Source: an uncultured Desulfospira sp. (GTDB taxonomy: Bacteria > Desulfobacterota > Desulfobacteria > Desulfobacterales > Desulfobacteraceae). Taken from it: DNA of 64,000 nucleotides. This document shows positions 1 to 8,818 of this stretch, piece after piece (position 1 is the first letter of the stretch; each line of letters opens with the position of its first letter). A model generated the notes under the pieces. The model saw nothing but the letters and a program-made list of their open reading frames with translations, was not told where the DNA came from and ran no database searches. The stretch lies in assembly GCA_963663165.1 (NCBI GenBank), contig OY760175.1, positions 800,001-864,000 on the forward strand, given 5' to 3'. A program made the position numbers and the translations under genes.

Positions 1-616
1 GAAACAGATTGTCCGTCAAAATGGTTAAATGGGGTTTATTGCCGTACGGAGGGATTTGAAAAAACAGCTCTTTTCTAAACAGCCCATATATGGGGTTTCC
101 CAGGTCAAGATTTCTGATAAGGCTGATGTAACGGTCTTCCGGGTTGTCCTGGTCAAGCCGGTAGGAATCAAAGTACAGGCTTTTGCTGTTATTATCCGGG
201 TTGAACAGCTCAACATGGGGATAGGCCACCGCGGCATCAGGGTGGGATTCCAGAGCATTGAGGCAGCGTTCAATCATTTGGGGCTTGCGTGAATCGTCTG
301 CGGCTGCCAGCAAAAAATATTTTCCCCGGGAAAGCAGTACGCACAAACGAAAATTTTCCCCCAGAATATTGTTGGAATTTCGCTGATACCGGACCCTTGG
401 GTCCCTGTCGGCCGCTGCCTGGCAGATTCTACCGGTCCCATCGGTAGAGGCATTGTCACAGATGATCAGTTCAAAATCCGTGAAAGTTTGAGACAAGACC
501 GTATCAATGGCTTCGCCAACGGTATCTTCCATATTGTAAACCGGCATTCCGACACTGACCAGCGGCGCGGCCCCATTAATGGAACCACTCATGGAACCAC
601 TTATGGAACCACTCAT
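1..616 (-). CDS. Glycosyltransferase family 2 protein (3' end runs off the window)
   Basis: Manual translation: MSGSISGSMSGSINGAAPLVSVGMPVYNMEDTVGEAIDTVLSQTFTDFELIICDNASTDGT...RGKYFLLAAADD, a typical GT2 N-terminus; AGGAG RBS upstream. Absent from the ORF track because it has no stop in the window. Confidence 0.9.
   Translation of the reverse strand, partial: MSGSISGSMSGSINGAAPLVSVGMPVYNMEDTVGEAIDTVLSQTFTDFELIICDNASTDGTGRICQAAADRDPRVRYQRNSNNILGENFRLCVLLSRGKYFLLAAADDSRKPQMIERCLNALESHPDAAVAYPHVELFNPDNNSKSLYFDSYRLDQDNPEDRYISLIRNLDLGNPIYGLFRKELFFQIPPYGNKPHLTILTDNLF
579..614. repeat. 3 x 12-bp tandem repeat ATGGAACCACTY in the GT2 start region
   Basis: atggaaccactc atggaaccactt atggaaccactc; encodes MSGS/ISGS/MSGS on the minus strand. 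Confidence 0.9.
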
Positions 617-631
617 GAATTCAACTCCTTT

Positions 632-3600
632 TTAGAATATATTTTCATAGCCAAAGATTTGCGCGGTTTCCCCGCAGATTTCCCAAAGCCGTTGTTTCAT
701 CTGCCCGGTCCAGTCGTTGGGAACGGCAAAACTGCCGGTCTGCTGGGCATTTAATTTTTTCTTTAGCACTTCATCCACCTGTTGGGCAGCAATTTCTTTT
801 AATCCTAAAAATTCGGATAATGCAAATAGAACCTGAGGTTTTTCAACCATGTCTTCAAACGTTAGGAGAAACACGTTTTCCTGTCCCAGGACGGGAAGCT
901 GCATTAAAATAAAGGTATAGGTTTTGTTCCACAGCCAGCAGACCTTTTCAAACTGGCTTAGGCTGTTCCAATCAGATAACGCCATTTCATCTTCCATGGG
1001 CCTTAACCGCCCCGTGTCCCAGGGATGGCCGTTATAATAATTTCGCCTCATCCCGGACCGGACAAAATCCCAGGGGTTGCGGATCAAAACGACAAATTTG
1101 GCATCCGGTATATCTTTGGCAATGATATCGCAAAAAGGCGTCATGTTGTGGTCTGTCTCGCCGTGAATCAGGCCGTTAGACCATGTGTTGTACATGAACT
1201 GTCCCCTGCCCCGCCAGAAGACATCCCTTCGTAGATCCTGGTTATCTCTTTGGCAATACGCCTCAAAAGTTTCATTGACCAGAAAAGGCAAGGGGTGGTG
1301 CCATACCCTGGCATTGGACGCCATGTCAAGCAGATGGGACAGGGTCTGGGTGCCGCACCGGCCCCCGGACAGGGTAAAAAAGGCGTTGCCGTACGGTTTG
1401 GCTGTTTCATGATACTTGCCGTAAACCGCCTGGGGCGAAGGCCCTTCTATGGCGGTGATACAATTTTGGACAGCGGACAGCACCCTGGATTCAGTTCCCT
1501 TTTCCAATAGATGGGGCATCATATAGTAGTACGGCGAAACCGCAGACTCGTACCCCCCCTCTTCAATGATGCGGTCATCGGGCAGATAACAATACAACCC
1601 GTTGGTATAGCCAAGGATAAACGTCTGGTCAGGGGAGCGGGTCAGGGCTTTCAGCTTCATCCCAAGTTGTGTTACCGGTTCTGCCGGAAAAGTAACCCAT
1701 GTAACGGTATTGCCAAGGGTTATCACCTGAACCTCAAGGGCAAGGGCGTTGGGATACTGTCCTGAAGGATAGGTGGCCGTAAGCCTTGTGGCCCATTCCC
1801 TTACAATAAAATCCGAATCCGGGTTGTTTTTCAAAGATTCTATGGTTGCTGCCGGCGGGATCGGCTTTAACGGCAGGAGCATTTTCTCTTTGGTGCAGCA
1901 AAGTCCCGATTGGGTTAATAAGGACAGCTGGTCATGCTCAAGAAACGGCAGGACCTGCTGTGCGGCTTTCTGGCCGTTTTTTTCGGCATCGGCCACTGAG
2001 GAGCAAAATACAGGCCGGTTCTCCTGTGCGGCATCCAAGGCACCGGCTTTAATATCGCCGGCCGCGCCTTGAAGGTACATCACATGGGCCACTTTCCCGG
2101 TCTGGATCAACGCCTGTCTTAAATATCCGGGAAAATCGGCAAAAATAACACTGGCATTGCCAATGCTGGTGGGATGACAGCCATGGTTGAGCAACAGTAT
2201 CCGCCTTTGGCTGTTAAGCCCTTCAACTAAAAGAAACGGCGCACTGGTGTCATACTCGCCCTTTTCATTGGGTTGGAACTTAACCTGCCCGTCCTGTTTG
2301 AGCCTGCGGTTAATACCGATATCCACCCCGCTGGCCTTTCCCGAGTAAATTTGGGATGGTTCAAGGGCATCATACATCGGCCCAAGGGACTGGGTGATCA
2401 GCTGCATAACGTCCCGGGCATAATTCTGATGAAACGGCCCAAGGGTCTGGGACGCATTGGATACAGTCCCGGGTGCATAATGGGTATGGGATGCATTTAG
2501 AATAATGGCTTCAGGGGGAATGGCCCAGTCTGCGGCAGCCTTTACGACCCCGTCAACCATTGGTTTGCCGAACCCGAACAGGTCTGCGCTCACAATCAGG
2601 AGCTTGGCGCCCTTATCATCTTCAATGAGCAGCATCTGCATTTTAAGGGGGGTGGCCACCTGGACGGCGTTGCGCACTCCCCCGGCCATTCCCTGGAGTG
2701 CCACCGGCTGCGCCTCACTGGCCTTGGGAGTGATATCCACTTCTTTAAAAGCCGTCTTATATAAAGGTGTGGTCTTTTCCTTGCCTGCACAATGATCTAT
2801 TTGGGGATCCGGGGTGCAGGATTCCTTTCCTGATGCCGAATATGGCAATGATTCTCGTTCAAGGGCGCCGGCCATATCCCTGCACAAGGTTGAAACCATC
2901 TGCCCTTTCCTGTTTTGGACCAATTTTTCACCAATGAGGCGATAACCCTTGGCCAGGTCGGCATTGGTATCCAGAGCCGTAATCTGCCCTTGGAGCTCGC
3001 GTTCAAAAAGAACCAGGGTTAAATCCAGAAAGAATTTCCAAAGGTTTTTGCCCAACATAAAGTTGGCCAGAATAACCGCGTCCTGAGTTGGGATGGCCTG
3101 ATAACTGTCCATGGTATCCAGATAACGCCCGGCCACACCTTCGAACATCGCTTCAGATGTTTCATCGCCATCGGTTTGGTGAATTTCCTGATCCTTTAAA
3201 TAAAAGAGGAGAAAAGACAACACCAGTTTATGGTTGCCGGGATGAATTTTTTCAAGATGATTCAGCAAAAAGGACGCCACCGGTTCAAGGGATTCAAAAG
3301 CTTCTTTCTGTTCAAGGGCCTTGAACAGCTCTCTTTGAAAGCCCGGCTTGTCCAGCATCCGGTCTTTACAATCTTCCCACACCGCTGAAAACCGCTCAAA
3401 TGATTCAGTGGATACCAGACCGGCCATGAGCCAGAAATAAACCGTGGTTTCAGCACTTTTAGACGTGGTGAAGACAAACCTTGTGCCGGCCCGGGCCGCA
3501 TCGTTCCTGAATTCATCCACCACCCTGAAATAATTTTGCCCGCCTTCAACGCAAAGGTCCAGCCGGCCAGAAAAATATCCCACTGCGGCAAGTTCATAGT

Positions 3601-4444
3601 AAAGATCCACTTCATCCGGGAGGACTTCAAGCCCTTTGCGGACAGCGGCCACAGCCTGGTCATACTGGCTTAATTTTAGATGGGCGCTGGCCATGCCGTA
3701 GTAAAGAGAATAGTAAAAAGAGGCCTCAATCGGTTGAAGGCCCTTTTGTTCTATGAGTTCAAGGCAGCGAGCGGCATATTGGATGGCCTTTTCCTTCTCG
3801 TCCATTTCCGAGTGGACCTGGAACAGGTAAAAATAGGCATCAAAATCATTGGGGTCCTGTTCGATTCGCTTAAAGAGCAGGCCGCTGGTCCGCCTGTATT
3901 TGGCCTGCATCTGTTCATCAGACAGGGCATACCCGTAATGAAACAGCTCAAGCTTCAGGTGCCCGGCCTTGCCAGAATACGACAGCCGATTGTGAACAAT
4001 CCCGACATATTTGATCCCCACGCGATTTCTAAATATCCGGATGGATTCCGTTGCCGACGTAATGCCCCCCTTCCGGTTCTTATCCAGCACTTTGATCAGA
4101 TAACAGTTTAAATCTTTAGGGGCCTTGGCCAGCAAGGCTTTAAACTCATTTTTTTTAAGCTGGTATGCGTTGAGTTCTTCATCGGCGTCAATTAGAAGAA
4201 TCCAGTCGCCGGTGGCATATGAAAGGGATTGGTTCCGGTGTTTGCTGAAATTATTTTCCCAGGGGTGGTGGTAAATCTTTGCGCCAAAGGATTGCGCGAT
4301 TTCAACGGTCTTATCGGTAGATCCGGTATCCACAATGATGAGTTCGTCAATGAGGTGTTTGATGCTGTTCAGGCATCTTGGCAGCATCTCTTCTTCGTTT
4401 TTGACCATCATGCAAGCTGAAATTTTAATGCCGTTTTTTTTCAT
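632..4444 (-). CDS. Multidomain protein: GT2 glycosyltransferase + TPR + neutral/alkaline ceramidase-like hydrolase + sulfotransferase
   Basis: N-term SACMMVKNEEEMLPRCL..DTGSTD..IDADE..HYGY (GT2-TPR type); middle NASHTHYAP, HGCHPTS, LQGAAGD, PAEP, GYTNG..YLP..GGYE (ceramidase-like); C-term SGGRCGTQTL and RNPWDFVRS (5'-PSB and 3'-PB PAPS motifs). Confidence 0.8.
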   Translation of the reverse strand: MKKNGIKISACMMVKNEEEMLPRCLNSIKHLIDELIIVDTGSTDKTVEIAQSFGAKIYHHPWENNFSKHRNQSLSYATGDWILLIDADEELNAYQLKKNEFKALLAKAPKDLNCYLIKVLDKNRKGGITSATESIRIFRNRVGIKYVGIVHNRLSYSGKAGHLKLELFHYGYALSDEQMQAKYRRTSGLLFKRIEQDPNDFDAYFYLFQVHSEMDEKEKAIQYAARCLELIEQKGLQPIEASFYYSLYYGMASAHLKLSQYDQAVAAVRKGLEVLPDEVDLYYELAAVGYFSGRLDLCVEGGQNYFRVVDEFRNDAARAGTRFVFTTSKSAETTVYFWLMAGLVSTESFERFSAVWEDCKDRMLDKPGFQRELFKALEQKEAFESLEPVASFLLNHLEKIHPGNHKLVLSFLLFYLKDQEIHQTDGDETSEAMFEGVAGRYLDTMDSYQAIPTQDAVILANFMLGKNLWKFFLDLTLVLFERELQGQITALDTNADLAKGYRLIGEKLVQNRKGQMVSTLCRDMAGALERESLPYSASGKESCTPDPQIDHCAGKEKTTPLYKTAFKEVDITPKASEAQPVALQGMAGGVRNAVQVATPLKMQMLLIEDDKGAKLLIVSADLFGFGKPMVDGVVKAAADWAIPPEAIILNASHTHYAPGTVSNASQTLGPFHQNYARDVMQLITQSLGPMYDALEPSQIYSGKASGVDIGINRRLKQDGQVKFQPNEKGEYDTSAPFLLVEGLNSQRRILLLNHGCHPTSIGNASVIFADFPGYLRQALIQTGKVAHVMYLQGAAGDIKAGALDAAQENRPVFCSSVADAEKNGQKAAQQVLPFLEHDQLSLLTQSGLCCTKEKMLLPLKPIPPAATIESLKNNPDSDFIVREWATRLTATYPSGQYPNALALEVQVITLGNTVTWVTFPAEPVTQLGMKLKALTRSPDQTFILGYTNGLYCYLPDDRIIEEGGYESAVSPYYYMMPHLLEKGTESRVLSAVQNCITAIEGPSPQAVYGKYHETAKPYGNAFFTLSGGRCGTQTLSHLLDMASNARVWHHPLPFLVNETFEAYCQRDNQDLRRDVFWRGRGQFMYNTWSNGLIHGETDHNMTPFCDIIAKDIPDAKFVVLIRNPWDFVRSGMRRNYYNGHPWDTGRLRPMEDEMALSDWNSLSQFEKVCWLWNKTYTFILMQLPVLGQENVFLLTFEDMVEKPQVLFALSEFLGLKEIAAQQVDEVLKKKLNAQQTGSFAVPNDWTGQMKQRLWEICGETAQIFGYENIF

Positions 4445-4634
4445 AATTATCTCAATTTCTATTCGAGACCAGAGGTCTCAAGCCCCTTTTTTAGATTGAA
4501 TATATTTTTGAAACGATACCGTTAATAGCCGGTTGTTCTTAAAGAAAATGGCCTCGTGCCGGATCAATTGTTAATGCCAGTACTGGTTAAAGATACTGCC
4601 AGAGCTTAACATAAAAATCAAGTATTTCTGGGGT

Positions 4635-4739
4635 GGGGCGGGCCACGATAACCGATTGACATTAAAGAATAATGGCGTAAAATAAAGGTTAAAAACACGC
4701 TTAATCGACTGTTTTTATGCCCAAAACACTCATTTAAGG
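4635..4739. repeat. Left RAYT-flanking repeat (inverted relative to 7004-7113)
   Basis: Reverse complement of 4635-4663 matches 7084-7112 at 22/29 positions; inner TAAAAACACGCTTAATCGACTGTTTTT resembles the reverse complement of 7031-7056. Confidence 0.65.
4656..4683 (+). promoter_or_regulatory. Sigma-70-type promoter for the RAYT gene
   Basis: TTGACA-16 nt-TAAAAT about 65 bp upstream of ATG 4748. Confidence 0.55.
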
Positions 4740-4857
4740 ACCTTTCAATGGCCCGAGCAAAAAGGCATTTCATCCCTGGTCATATCTGGCATATAACCCA
4801 TCGCTGCCATAAACGGGCCTTTCTTTTCAAATTTGCAAAGGACCGCGACCGGTTTAT

Positions 4858-5443
4858 TGTTTCTGTAAAAGGTTAAAACCCCCGCCTTTAGGCGGGTAGC
4901 ATTTTGCCAGTAGTTGTTTTATAGTGCTTTACATGAGCTATCGGCAAAACAGTCATACGAAGTTCAAAATAGAGTATCACTTTGTTTGGGTAACCAAATA
5001 CCGATATCACGTATTGCAGGGGGATGTTGCATTGCGAGTCAGAGAACTCGTACGCCAAACTTGTGAAAGGTTCGAAATCCACATTTTGCGTGGAGTTGTA
5101 AGCAAAGATCACGTTCACATCCTGGTTTCGGCACCACCGAACATTTCTCCTTCGGATATAATGCGTCGGATCAAAGGCCGAGTGTCTCGAAAAGTGTTTG
5201 AGGAATTTCCTCATTTGAAGAAACGGTATTGGGGCAAGCATTTTTGGGCCCGTGGGTATTTTTGTGTGACCGTTGGGGAGTTGACAAAGGAAATGATTCA
5301 GGAATATCTCGAACATCATTTTGAAAAAGACCCTAATGACCATTTTGATGTAGAGTGACGCATTTCAACCGGCTATTGCCGGTATCGCTGGACTTTCAGT
5401 CCGCGCTCTTAAACCCACCGGCTTTAAGCCGGTGGTTGTTTAG
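4858..5443 (+). mobile_element. IS200/IS605-family element (tnpA only, 586 bp)
   Basis: Subterminal hairpins CCCGCC-TTTA-GGCGGG (4881-4896) and CCACCGGCT-TTA-AGCCGGTGG (~5415-5435), both preceded by AAAC; no terminal IRs; inserted 3' of TTAT; boundary ambiguous by 2 nt. Confidence 0.9.
4933..5358 (+). CDS. tnpA: IS200-family Y1 transposase
   Basis: YHFVWVTKYR, DHVHIL (HUH), IKGRVSR, FWARGYFC, catalytic Tyr in IQEYLE. Confidence 0.95.
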   Translation: MSYRQNSHTKFKIEYHFVWVTKYRYHVLQGDVALRVRELVRQTCERFEIHILRGVVSKDHVHILVSAPPNISPSDIMRRIKGRVSRKVFEEFPHLKKRYWGKHFWARGYFCVTVGELTKEMIQEYLEHHFEKDPNDHFDVE

Positions 5444-6111
5444 TGAATGGCTGTATCAGGCCAAAAAACGTTACAACCGGTTAAGCGTGTTGGATTACAT
5501 GGTTACCTCCAACCACATTCATCTGCTTGTCTCAGATGCCGGCGGCCAAAATGTAATCCCGGATTCTATCAAACTGATGGCCGGAAGAACCGGACAGGAA
5601 TACAATATAAGAAAGCGCCGGCAAGGGGCATTCTGGCAGGACCGGTATCATGCCACTGCTGTGGAAAGCACCCGCCATTTACGCCGGTGCATCACTTATA
5701 TCGATTTAAACATGGTCCGCGCCGGTGCCGTTGATCATCCTGGAAACTGGAAATGGTGCGGATACAACGAAATACAGAATCCCAGGACCAGAAAGTCAAT
5801 TATCGATTTTAAGCGTCTCATGGGGTTGCTGGGATTTGACACCTATGAACAATTAAAAGACGCTCATACTGAATGGATCGATAAAGCCATCCGGGAAAAG
5901 AGAAACGATAGAGAGCCAGAATGGTCACAGGCCATTGCCGTTGGCAGTGAAGACTATATTAAAAAGGTTAAAAAAGCGCTTGGGTTTAAAGCCAAAGGGC
6001 GAAAAATCCGCGAGTCCGGCGAGGCTTTTGAAATTAGGCAGGAGATAGCTCCATATGAAGTCCCGGACAAAGATCAACCAGGCAATCACATTTTATGGGA
6101 TACCTGAAGGG

Positions 6112-6152
6112 CAGGCTTAATCGGCCCTTTTTCAATGGCCCGATCCTGACCC
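6112..6152. repeat. Partial copy of the RAYT-flanking repeat
   Basis: CAGGCTTAATCGGCCCTTTTTCAATGGC is a near-direct repeat of 7004-7030 CAGGCTTAATCGAGCCTTTTCAATAGC. Confidence 0.65.
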
Positions 6153-6181
6153 GAGAAAGAAATAAGGCACCGGCTGGATGC

Positions 6182-6529
6182 TCAGGGCAAATCCGTGACC
6201 AGTTTCAATCCAAGGCAAACCTGGTCAAACCTTTCCTTTGACAGGGTGCCGATTTTTTCTTTTAGGCTGAGTTTATCGACTGTTTTTATCTGGGTCATGT
6301 TAATCACAGAAGGTTTTGGTAGATTTGCTTCGCCTTTATGAAGACGGACGTTCCCTGGTAAGTCACCGAATTTCAAGGTAGAGGTAATGGCAATAACGAT
6401 AACCGTATTCAATTTACTGTCATTGAGTAAATCATTCTGAACAACAAGACCGGGGCGTCTTCCCATAGGTTCTGATCCTTTTGCCGGAGAAAAATCCACC
6501 CAGTATACGGACCCTTTCCGGATTACCAT
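6182..6529 (-). CDS. mazF: Type II TA toxin, PemK/MazF family endoribonuclease
   Basis: VYWVDFSPAKGSEPMGRRPGLVVQNDLLN..TVIVIAITS..LPKPSVINMTQIKTVDK. Confidence 0.92.
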   Translation of the reverse strand: MVIRKGSVYWVDFSPAKGSEPMGRRPGLVVQNDLLNDSKLNTVIVIAITSTLKFGDLPGNVRLHKGEANLPKPSVINMTQIKTVDKLSLKEKIGTLSKERFDQVCLGLKLVTDLP

Positions 6530-6777
6530 TCCTGGCCTTCCTCAGTGCTGCCACTCTCAAACCACCGGGTAAAATTGATCTGTTATTTTTGAATGGTCTT
6601 GTCTGAAAAGACGTGGTCATATGCATCCCGGATCTGTTGTTCTTTTTCAAATTTTATTTTTTCCCTAAGGACCAGAGAGATAAATTTACTTCTGGAAAGT
6701 CCTTTCCGGGAGCTGATCTCGTTGATCATGTCCACGAGGTCTTTAGGCATAGTAATGGCTATTTTCTGGGTATTCAT
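6523..6777 (-). pseudogene. Ribbon-helix-helix (CopG-like) antitoxin with internal TAA at codon 65
   Basis: MNTQKIAITMPKDLVDMINEIS..LSRSKFI; after TAA at 6583-6585 the frame continues QINFTRWFESGSTEEGQEW to a TAA overlapping the first codons of the toxin. Confidence 0.75.
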
Positions 6778-6808
6778 TTATTTTATCCTCTATTGGTATG
6801 ATGATAAC

Positions 6809-6837
6809 AGAATACTTATTAATCCGAACTGCGTCAA
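6809..6837 (-). promoter_or_regulatory. Sigma-70-type promoter of the TA operon
   Basis: TTGACG-17 nt-TATTCT, followed by GAGGA RBS. Confidence 0.6.
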
Positions 6838-7003
6838 CGTGAAATTTAGGTGTGGTCTTGCTTGCGAAGTTGTGGGGGGGGGGATTGATAAGGATTGATG
6901 AATAGTTTGAGGGGCAGGCTGGAAATCGCCGATTAAATAACAGTTCAGGGATATTTCTGTGCAAGAGGTAAAAAGCAACCCTCTACTGTTTTTCACCTAA
7001 GGC

Positions 7004-7152
7004 CAGGCTTAATCGAGCCTTTTCAATAGCAAAAAGGGTCGATTAAGCGCTTTTTAGCCCTCAAATTCGACCCTTTTTTCTAAAATTTCAGTATGTTGCC
7101 GTGGCCCGACCCCGGATCAATTCAGTATGTTGCCGTGGCCCGACCCCGGATC
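7004..7152. repeat. Right RAYT-flanking repeat: hairpin plus tandemly duplicated 32-bp terminus
   Basis: GCTTAATCGA..TCGATTAAGC hairpin (7007-7048); TTCAGTATGTTGCCGTGGCCCGACCCCGGATC exact at 7087-7118 and 7121-7152. Confidence 0.8.
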
Positions 7153-7169
7153 GCTCGCGGACAAGCGAT

Positions 7170-7793
7170 TTATGACCGTTTTCTGTTGTTAATTCTCAAA
7201 AGAGCGATAATTCCGCCACCTAGAAGCAAAAAGGAGGAGGGTACAGGGATGGCAGATCCGACATCAAGAGACTCAGGATCATAGGTCAAATTGCCATTTG
7301 ATAACAGCTCTTCCCCATAAGTAGTATTATAGTTTTGATCATTAACACCAAAATTTCCATAAGTATAGTAAAAATAAATATCTTGCTTACCATCTTTTTT
7401 CAGATCGCTCGAATAACTAATGTCAAAAGACGCTATCACGAATCCATCGGTGAGAACTCCACCACCAAAAGTCATCGCTGTTATATTACTGATCATATTT
7501 GGAGTGCCTGCTGAATCGTCTGCAGGGGTATCCACAGCGGGTCCCATAGCAGCGCTGTAGCCAGAAGGTTGATAAACCGTAAAGCTGGTTATATCAATAG
7601 TGGATTCATATCCGATAAAAAGGCTGTAGCTAGGAATAGACGACACATCACCTTCATCTGATAGAAATGTTAAGTTAACCGTGTCTTCATCCACAAAAGA
7701 TAGATCAAAGGACCACGAGGCGAACACATTGCTAGCGCAAAAGAGGCTGACAATCATCACCATAAATATCAAATAGTTTTTTTTCTTTTCCAA
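7170..7793 (-). CDS. Secreted PEP-CTERM-like sorting-domain protein, possibly cohesin-like
   Basis: Signal peptide (..SNVFA); C-term IPVPSSFLLLGGGIIALLRINNRKRS = Pro motif + TM helix + basic tail; beta-rich acidic body. Confidence 0.75.
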   Translation of the reverse strand: MEKKKNYLIFMVMIVSLFCASNVFASWSFDLSFVDEDTVNLTFLSDEGDVSSIPSYSLFIGYESTIDITSFTVYQPSGYSAAMGPAVDTPADDSAGTPNMISNITAMTFGGGVLTDGFVIASFDISYSSDLKKDGKQDIYFYYTYGNFGVNDQNYNTTYGEELLSNGNLTYDPESLDVGSAIPVPSSFLLLGGGIIALLRINNRKRS

Positions 7794-7816
7794 TTTAATT
7801 CTCCTTATATTTTAAT

Positions 7817-8575
7817 TCAATTGCAACTTTTCAGCCAATTCTTTTGTACTAAACCAAGGTCACCAATATTGACCCAACCATCGCCGTTGAGGTCCGCATT
7901 TGGATTCGAAATGTCTGAACCTTGTTTTAACCAGTCTTTTTGTACTGCTCCAAGGTCGGCAATGTTTACATTTCCATCTAAATTAACATCACCTTCTATG
8001 TAGCAAACAATTGTTGGTTCATCAAAATTCAATCGTTCTGTGTTGTCCAAAGGATCTCCGTCATTGGTACAAAAATTGACGTAATCACCGTCTTTTCCCA
8101 ACTCAACACTAATGGTTGGGGCTACTTCGGTATCTATTCTTTCAAAAACAACTGTGCCTAACAGGACCTTACTTCCAGCTACGCCATCGGTAGGGGAGTT
8201 TTCATCAATTTTCCCTCCGATAATTACAACTGCCCCCTCTGTTGATGTATCCGGATCAATGTAGGGATATTTCGTACCATCTGCTGTTCCAAAATACCAG
8301 TCTGTTTCATTTTTTGTAGCGGCTATTGTAGCAGCATTCAACTCTTCTGGTAAATAAGTAACTTTTACCCCATAACTGACCAACGGCTCAACAGCACTCC
8401 CATCAACACCAAATGATTCCGTAGTATCTGCATAAACCTTAAGTGTCAGTTCAGTGTCAGTATAGGTCCCTTCTGTAGAAATGTTTACATCAGTAAACCC
8501 AGAACCGCACATCAAAACAAGCAGAATCGGCAATGCCAGCAGCATCCCTTTAAACTTGCCTATTCCTTTAACCAT
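7817..8575 (-). CDS. Secreted protein with cohesin-like domain and C-terminal type I dockerin
   Basis: Signal peptide; duplicated Ca-binding repeats GDVNLDGNVNIADL and ADLNGDGWVNIGDL; cohesin-like pattern SYGVKVTY..G..LLGTVVF. Confidence 0.75.
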   Translation of the reverse strand: MVKGIGKFKGMLLALPILLVLMCGSGFTDVNISTEGTYTDTELTLKVYADTTESFGVDGSAVEPLVSYGVKVTYLPEELNAATIAATKNETDWYFGTADGTKYPYIDPDTSTEGAVVIIGGKIDENSPTDGVAGSKVLLGTVVFERIDTEVAPTISVELGKDGDYVNFCTNDGDPLDNTERLNFDEPTIVCYIEGDVNLDGNVNIADLGAVQKDWLKQGSDISNPNADLNGDGWVNIGDLGLVQKNWLKSCN

Positions 8576-8666
8576 TTTCCCCCCCTGTTGTTGCTTTGAA
8601 TAAATTTTGTATGGACAATTAAAAATCGTTACAGCTTTCGTCAAATCTTTATGCCATTTCTAAGTT

Positions 8667-8682
8667 TGCAACAACCGTACCT
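8667..8682 (-). promoter_or_regulatory. Sigma-54 (-24/-12) promoter
   Basis: AGGTACGGTTGTTGCA: GG-N10-GC, about 90 bp upstream of the dockerin gene. Confidence 0.6.
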
Positions 8683-8818
8683 AAGCACATAGGACAAAAC
8701 AAAAAACGACATAAATCTTTGATTGTTATATTTTCTTTTATTACCAGGCACTTAAATAATCCATAGCCAATAAAAATCCACAGAAGTTTTTTTCCGGTTT
8801 CCTGCCGCAATTGGCTTT

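Larger units (their letters stand above)
4748..6107 (+). pseudogene. REP-associated tyrosine (HUH) transposase, RAYT-type, interrupted by IS200
   Basis: 4748-4857 encodes MARAKRHFIPGHIWHITHRCHKRAFLFKFAKDRDRFI; 5444-6107 continues EWLYQAKKRY..SNHIHLL..FWQDRY..YIDLNMVRAG..W.W. Joined they give 774 nt in frame (257 aa). Confidence 0.9.

Noticed and set aside
4545..4600. Sigma-54 promoter for the large glycosyltransferase
   Set aside because: The TGGCA/GGCACG candidates lack GC at the required GG-N10-GC spacing.
4888..5343. 151-aa minus-strand ORF
   Set aside because: Antisense shadow of tnpA.
5355..6107. TnpB/IscB partner of the IS200 tnpA
   Set aside because: No RuvC or zinc-finger motifs; it is the C-terminal part of the RAYT and lies outside the IS right-end hairpin.
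7087..7152. CRISPR array
   Set aside because: Only two 32-bp repeats with a 2-bp gap, no spacers and no cas genes in the window.
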